64,000 nucleotides of DNA from NCBI RefSeq assembly GCF_055900595.2, contig NZ_CM148325.1, one strand, 5' to 3'. Of this stretch, positions 58,515 to 64,000 are shown piece after piece (the first letter of the stretch is position 1; every line of letters begins with the position of its first letter). Both the position numbers and the translations under genes were made by a program. The notes beneath the pieces were generated by a model. It ran no database searches and had not been told where the DNA came from. It saw nothing but the letters and a program-made list of their open reading frames with translations.

Positions 58515-59687
58515 TTAGCCAGCGTTAGCTTTTACGATATCGTCGATCAGTTTATTGACAGGAGCCAGGCTTATTTCACGCGCGGTGCTCACCGCTACCG
58601 GCGTAGAACGTACTTTATTTGCCAGTACCTGACCGTCACGGTTAGTGGTATTGACGCTCACCAGCGTGGATAAACCGATACGCAGCGGGTATTGTTCCAG
58701 CTGTTTTTGGTCCAGTTCAATACGTACAGGCAGACGCTGAACAACTTTTATCCAGTTACCAGTGGCATTTTGCGCCGGAAGCAGCGAGAACGCGCTACCT
58801 GTCCCCATATCCAGACCAACCACTTTACCGGTGTATTTCACATCATCGCCGTAAATATCCGTGGTGATGGTGACCGGCTGACCGATGCGCATATTGGCAA
58901 TCTGCGTCTCTTTAAAGTTGGCATCCACCCACATATTGGTGGCTGGAACGACCGCCATCAGCGGCGTCGTTGGGCTAATTTGCGCCCCAGGCTGTACTGC
59001 TCGGCGGGAGACATAACCGGTCATCGGACTGACAATACGGGTACGCTCCAGCGCCAGCCAGGCGTTACGTACTTCGGTGGCAGCCTGTTGCACGGCAGGC
59101 TGATCTTCCAGTTTAGTCCCCAGAATCATCGCCTGATTGGCATTGTATTGTTGAATGGCGACATCCAGTTGCGCCTGGGCACTGGTCACCGCGTCGCGGG
59201 CGTGTTGCAGCTCTTCGCGACCAATCAGGTTGGCATTGCCCAGCGGCACACGGCGGTTGTAGTCGCTTTGTGCTTTCGCGAGGGCGATTTTTTGCACCTC
59301 AATATTCGCCTGCAACTGTTTGCTGTTAATCATCAGCTGGTGGGTTTGGCGCACGCTGGAAGCCAGTGCCGTTTTGGCTTTTTCAAACGCCTGGCGAGCA
59401 TCTGTCGGGTCGAGAGTGACCAGCACATCGCCTTCTTTTACAAAATCGGTGTTATCGGCCCAGACTTTCGTCACGCTGCCAGACACCTGAGACATAATTT
59501 GAATCTGATTCCCTGCCACGTATGCGTCATCGGTTTCTTCGAAATGACGCAGTACTAAAAACCAATAAATCCCTATCGCTACGGCAATAATTATAAAGAG
59601 CAAGGTGAGAAGCAGGAGCAGACGCTTACGTTTGCCGCTCTTCTTTACCGGTTGCTGCGGGGTTTGAGTCTCCGCATTTGCGCTCAT
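58515..59687 (-). CDS. emrA: multidrug efflux periplasmic adaptor EmrA
   Basis: ORF trimmed to MSANAETQTPQQPVKK... (390 aa). Confidence 0.94.
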   Translation of the reverse strand: MSANAETQTPQQPVKKSGKRKRLLLLLTLLFIIIAVAIGIYWFLVLRHFEETDDAYVAGNQIQIMSQVSGSVTKVWADNTDFVKEGDVLVTLDPTDARQAFEKAKTALASSVRQTHQLMINSKQLQANIEVQKIALAKAQSDYNRRVPLGNANLIGREELQHARDAVTSAQAQLDVAIQQYNANQAMILGTKLEDQPAVQQAATEVRNAWLALERTRIVSPMTGYVSRRAVQPGAQISPTTPLMAVVPATNMWVDANFKETQIANMRIGQPVTITTDIYGDDVKYTGKVVGLDMGTGSAFSLLPAQNATGNWIKVVQRLPVRIELDQKQLEQYPLRIGLSTLVSVNTTNRDGQVLANKVRSTPVAVSTAREISLAPVNKLIDDIVKANAG

Positions 59688-59813
59688 ATTGTTCTCCACG
59701 ATCTTCTTAACTCATCGGCTGAGCCGACCTGCTTGCCAAAAAGGCCAGCATGTTGCGATGCTGGCCAGTCATTTTTTCTGTTATAAATCTGGATTTTTGA
59801 GCGAGATGACGCG

Positions 59814-60344
59814 TTAGCTCATCGCTTCGAGAACCACACCGTCTTGTTCCATCTGGTCGAGACGGGAGAGCAATTTGCGGGTGATTTGCTCGAGCTGATC
59901 TTTTTCTGTTGTGCTGAGCGCGGACCAGAGTTGATGCAGGCAATTATGCTGCGGTGGTAAAACTTCGCGCAAAAACTCGTGACCTTTTTCCGTTAATTGC
60001 AGATGCAGGCAGCGGCGATCGTTATCGCTTTCACGACGTTCGATCCAACCGCGTTTTTCCAGTTCATCGGCAATACGCGTCGCGTTGGTACGGGATGATC
60101 CAAGAGCACAACTCAATTCAGAAGGCTGAATACTGTGGTTTTCCTGAGACTCCAGCGTAATCAACGCCATAAACAACGTCTCGTTAATCCCCTGAGCCTT
60201 CAGCATTTTATTGCGGTTCTCCAGCAGCTTGCTTTGCATATGCATGCAAAGACGGGTCAGAAGGATCTCCTGATAAGGAAAATCTTCGTGGCGGCTGGCG
60301 CGAAATTTTAGCATTTGTTCAATGGGCGTAAACGAACTATCCAT
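59814..60344 (-). CDS. emrR: MarR-family repressor EmrR (MprA)
   Basis: 176 aa, first gene of emrRAB. Confidence 0.94.
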
Positions 60345-60434
60345 TTGGGTATGACCTCATTAATTTCAGCCGATATAGTAACGACAGTGACAAATAAAGT
60401 AAATGTATTGTTTTAGAAAAATGATTCTTGTGGG

Positions 60435-60770
60435 TTATATAATCGCCATCACTTTCCAGGCGAGCCCATAGGCCAGCGCACTAAGCAGTGTTGGGATGAT
60501 AATGCTGCGTGTTTTATAGAAACTGGCACCCAGTACCGCGAAGCCGACCAGAGTGGGCACGAAACGGCGTGTATCGTGCATCACTTCTGGTGCGGTAGAG
60601 ACAACCAGCAGAGCGCATATCGAGGCGATGCCAATGGTGTCGAGCAAAATACCTACCGCGCCACGTTTGGTTGGGCGGGCATTACCCACACGCAGGCGCA
60701 GCGGCAAATAGCGGAAGCAATAATTCGCCGCGCCAACCAGTAACCCAAGCAGCAGAACCTCATAGCTCAT
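60435..60770 (-). CDS. ygaH: L-valine exporter small subunit YgaH
   Basis: 111 aa membrane protein, overlaps ygaZ end. Confidence 0.9.
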   Translation of the reverse strand: MSYEVLLLGLLVGAANYCFRYLPLRLRVGNARPTKRGAVGILLDTIGIASICALLVVSTAPEVMHDTRRFVPTLVGFAVLGASFYKTRSIIIPTLLSALAYGLAWKVMAII

Positions 60771-61497
60771 CGGGCGCTCCTTGCCAGAATGCCTGGATTA
60801 ACGCAGTGAGGCAGCCACAGACAATGCCTGCCAGAATGGCGACGGGAATAGAAAATAGCGTTACGCCTGCAAGGGCACCAACTAACGCTGCGGTAACGCA
60901 AAGAGATTGTTTGCGCTGGAAAGATGCGAGCAGGAAACTCATAAAGAGTGCCGGAAGCATAAAACCTAATGCTGCTTCAACGGCGGGATATCCTTGCAGC
61001 AAGCCGCTGCCGGAGAATGCCCCTATTACCGTACCAAATACCCACGATGACCATGAACTGAAGGCAATGCCGATCATCCAGTTCTCGCTCCAGCGGCGAT
61101 TATTGCGTACCAGTTTTGCGGTTGCGGCGGCAAAAACCTCATCCGTCAGGCCAAACGCCCACAGGGCGGTTTTCGATTTTTGCAGACGCTGAATAATACG
61201 GCTACGCAGTGACGGGCCATACAAAACATGGCGAACATCCATTGCCATGACGGTCAGTGCAGCAACCCACAAACTACTCCCGGCTGCCAGCATCGCGGTA
61301 ATGACGAACTGGCTCGCGCCTGCATAAATGATGCAGGAGAAAAAAACGCTTTCGAGAGGAGAGAATCCCAGACGGGTCGCATTCAGACCGAACGCAAAGG
61401 CCACCGGAATATAACTAATAACAATCGGTAAACTGTCTTTGCATCCTTCCATGAAGGTCGCCGAACCAGGAGCAGGCTGTGGAGTAGGGCTTTCCAT
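60760..61497 (-). CDS. ygaZ: L-valine exporter subunit YgaZ (AzlC family)
   Basis: 245 aa membrane protein. Confidence 0.9.
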   Translation of the reverse strand: MESPTPQPAPGSATFMEGCKDSLPIVISYIPVAFAFGLNATRLGFSPLESVFFSCIIYAGASQFVITAMLAAGSSLWVAALTVMAMDVRHVLYGPSLRSRIIQRLQKSKTALWAFGLTDEVFAAATAKLVRNNRRWSENWMIGIAFSSWSSWVFGTVIGAFSGSGLLQGYPAVEAALGFMLPALFMSFLLASFQRKQSLCVTAALVGALAGVTLFSIPVAILAGIVCGCLTALIQAFWQGAPDEL

Positions 61498-61620
61498 AGA
61501 GTGTACGCTTAACGATTGTTAATATTATAAATAGACTGAATGAATATCTTAACCTTATCAGACTGATGGGCTTCTTAACACCCTTATAAGTGTAAAGCCA
61601 CGAAAACGGTTGCTGATTGC

Positions 61621-62805
61621 TTAATTTGCGGCTTCCTGACGATGAAAACCTCGCCACCAGACCAGTAAGTTAACCAGGGCAATCGTCGCGCCAGCCAGAC
61701 AAACGCCAGACCAACCGCCATGTTGCCAGGCTGAGGCTGAAATTAGCGAACCGGCGGCACCGCCAATAAAGTAGCTGGTCATGTAACCTGCGGTCAGGCG
61801 ATTACGCGCATCAGGGTGTATTCGATAAATTACCGTCTGGTTAGTGATATGCACGCCCTGCACGGTGAGGTCCAGCACCAGGATGCCGATAATCAAGGCC
61901 AGTACGGAAGTGTGGCCAAACCAGATAGCAAGCCATGAAAGTAACAGCAGCAGCAGACCGAAAGTTGTGGTGTGGTGCGATTTGCCCTTATCGGCAAAAC
62001 CGCCCGCCGGACGAGCGCCCAACGCTCCGGCAGCTCCCGCGAGTCCAAACAGACCAATGACGCCATCGCTGTAGTTAAAAGGTGGAGCGGCGAGCAAAAA
62101 GGCCATTGAGGTCCAGAGAATGCTGAAGTTGGCAAAGGTCAGGCAGCCCAGCAACGCGCGGGTGCGCAGAATTTTATCGCTGATAAACATACTGAAAACG
62201 GAACCTAACAACTGTGGATAGTTGAGGTGGGTTTCTGATTTCATCTGCGGCAGGCCGCGCCATAACGCCAGCGCCATCAGTGCCATTAACACCGAGGCAA
62301 CCCAAAAGACGGTGCGCCAGCCGCCGAGGTTTGCCAGCAACCCGGCAACGGTTCGTGCCAGCAAGATCCCCAACAGCAGCCCGCTCATAATGGTGCCGAC
62401 CACTTTGCCGCGTTTGTCCGGTGAAGCCAGCGTCGCTGCCAGCGGAACCAGAATTTGTGCCACGACCGAGAATAAACCGGTTAATGCCGTACCGAGGATC
62501 ATCATCGCCAGCGACTGACTGCTGGCGGTAATCAACATACCGCCCGCTGCCAGTAAGGTCATCGAGACAATCAGGCGGCGGCGTTCAAACATATCACCGA
62601 GGGGAACAAGAAACAGCAGACCTGCGGCATAGCCCAACTGCGCGGCGGTAACAATAAAGCCCGCCGAACTGGCGGAAAGGGAAAAGTTACGCGCGATGGT
62701 GTCGAGTAATGGCTGGGCGTAATAGTTACTGGCTACCGCCAGACCGGTGGCGATAGACATCAGCACGATCAGTGCCGGGCTAAGCTCATGATTAGGTTTA
62801 GTCAT
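61621..62805 (-). CDS. ygaY: MFS transporter YgaY, intact
   Basis: 394 aa, ~12 TM MFS; uninterrupted frame. Confidence 0.85.
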   Translation of the reverse strand: MTKPNHELSPALIVLMSIATGLAVASNYYAQPLLDTIARNFSLSASSAGFIVTAAQLGYAAGLLFLVPLGDMFERRRLIVSMTLLAAGGMLITASSQSLAMMILGTALTGLFSVVAQILVPLAATLASPDKRGKVVGTIMSGLLLGILLARTVAGLLANLGGWRTVFWVASVLMALMALALWRGLPQMKSETHLNYPQLLGSVFSMFISDKILRTRALLGCLTFANFSILWTSMAFLLAAPPFNYSDGVIGLFGLAGAAGALGARPAGGFADKGKSHHTTTFGLLLLLLSWLAIWFGHTSVLALIIGILVLDLTVQGVHITNQTVIYRIHPDARNRLTAGYMTSYFIGGAAGSLISASAWQHGGWSGVCLAGATIALVNLLVWWRGFHRQEAAN

Positions 62806-62906
62806 TATTTTTGTTCATCAGGTGATGATTAAGCTGGAAATCAATAATAGCGGATGTTGATGAATATGGGATGAAAGATAGATTGTTGAAATGTGCGGTG
62901 TGGTTT

Positions 62907-62986
62907 GTAGGCATGATAAGACGCGGCCGCATCGCATCAGGCATTGTGTACAGAGCGGCGGATGAGGCAAAAGCGCCTTATCCGCC
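62907..62986. repeat. REP-like palindromic elements between ygaY and proX
   Basis: tgtaggcatgataagacgcggccgcatcgcatcaggca ... gcggatgaggcaaaagcgccttatccgcc. Confidence 0.6.
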
Positions 62987-62996
62987 CGAATAAAAA

Positions 62997-63989
62997 TTAC
63001 TTCTGCGCTGCCAGCGCCTCATTCACCCAGCCATCGAACTGCTGCTGGTGGGCTTTGATCCAGCCATCAACGTGTCCCTGAATATCGCCTTCTGAGGCTT
63101 TGCCGTCATGCATGATGGCGTTCTGGGCGTTAATGTCTGCCACCGGCAACTGCATAATGGCAAACAGTTTCGCTGCTGCCGGGTTTTTCTCGGCCCAGGC
63201 TTTGTTGGCAACGATATGCATGGTACTGACCGGGAAGCCGTAATTCGCGCCATTCGGCAGTTTGGTATCGGCATTTTTATCGCCCGGCAGTGCGGAGAAC
63301 GGCACCTGCAACCAGACCACATCTTTCCCCGGTTTCAGTTCGTTACTCACCCAGTACGGCGTCCAGGTGTAGTAAAACACCGGCTTACCCTCTTTGTAAC
63401 GACTGATGGTGTCAGCCATCATCGCTGCGTAGTTCCCCTGATTATGCGTCACGGTATTGGTCAGTCCATACGCGGCAAGCTGGTGGTTGATCGCACCTTC
63501 GCAGCCCCAGCCTGGGTTACAGCCGGTTAAATCCGCTTTACCGTCGCCGTTGGTATCGAACAGTTTGGCGATCTTCGGATCTTTAAGTTGCGCGATGTTG
63601 GTAATTTTATACTGGTCGGCGGTTTTCTTATCGATCAGGTAACCCTGTGCCGCGCCGTTAACAAATACTCCTTCACGATAAAATTTCTTATCGCCACCGG
63701 CAGCTTCGTACATGTTGTCATGCAGTGGCGTCCAGTTCACGGCGGTGAAGGTTGCATCGCCGGAAGCAAGCGAGGTGTAGCCAACGTTGTAATCCACTTC
63801 GCTGGGTTTATTGACGGTATAACCTAATTTCTCCAGCGCGCGGCTGACCAGCAGCGTCTGGAAAGTTTCTTCGGTGATGGTGCTCTGAACCGGATTAACA
63901 GTAATGCCTTTGCCCGGCAGGTCGGCAGCAAAAGTTTGTGTAGAGATAAGCGTGGCAAACGCTGTCGCAAAAAGTACGCTATGTCGCAT
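62997..63989 (-). CDS. proX: glycine betaine/proline ABC transporter periplasmic binding protein ProX
   Basis: 330 aa with signal peptide; proW would lie beyond the window end. Confidence 0.93.
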   Translation of the reverse strand: MRHSVLFATAFATLISTQTFAADLPGKGITVNPVQSTITEETFQTLLVSRALEKLGYTVNKPSEVDYNVGYTSLASGDATFTAVNWTPLHDNMYEAAGGDKKFYREGVFVNGAAQGYLIDKKTADQYKITNIAQLKDPKIAKLFDTNGDGKADLTGCNPGWGCEGAINHQLAAYGLTNTVTHNQGNYAAMMADTISRYKEGKPVFYYTWTPYWVSNELKPGKDVVWLQVPFSALPGDKNADTKLPNGANYGFPVSTMHIVANKAWAEKNPAAAKLFAIMQLPVADINAQNAIMHDGKASEGDIQGHVDGWIKAHQQQFDGWVNEALAAQK

Positions 63990-64000
63990 TGTTATTCCTT

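Overview
This window is Escherichia coli-type chromosome running truD-surE-pcm-nlpD-rpoS, a variable rpoS-mutS spacer, mutS, ygbA, fhlA, hypABCDE/hycABCDEFGHI, ascGFB, hydN-hypF, norRVW, the srl/gut operon, mltB, pncC-recA-recX-alaS, csrA, a serV/tRNA-Arg array, yqaBA, gshA, MicA, luxS, emrRAB, ygaZH, ygaY and proX. All calls rest on reading the supplied ORF translations and the DNA by eye; no search or alignment was run, and every comparison to K-12 is from memory. Most of the window is ordinary core genome. The candidate for a strain-specific system is a ~2 kb insert between luxS and emrB (54886..56702): a KxDG nucleotidyltransferase (ligase) translationally coupled to an HD-phosphoesterase/P-loop kinase protein, i.e. 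a nucleic-acid end healing-and-sealing cassette. The family has biochemical precedent elsewhere, so the novelty is the locus, not the enzyme type. Other departures from the K-12 layout: the rpoS-mutS spacer carries a MarR-type regulator, a UbiX/UbiD/small-subunit decarboxylase operon and an AT-rich Sel1-repeat gene next to pphB; an extra secreted-protein gene sits between hycI and ascB; ascF is ~100 codons short; yqaA has an in-frame amber stop; and the tRNA array has three Arg copies plus tRNA-like fragments. No CRISPR array, IS element, integrase or prophage was seen.
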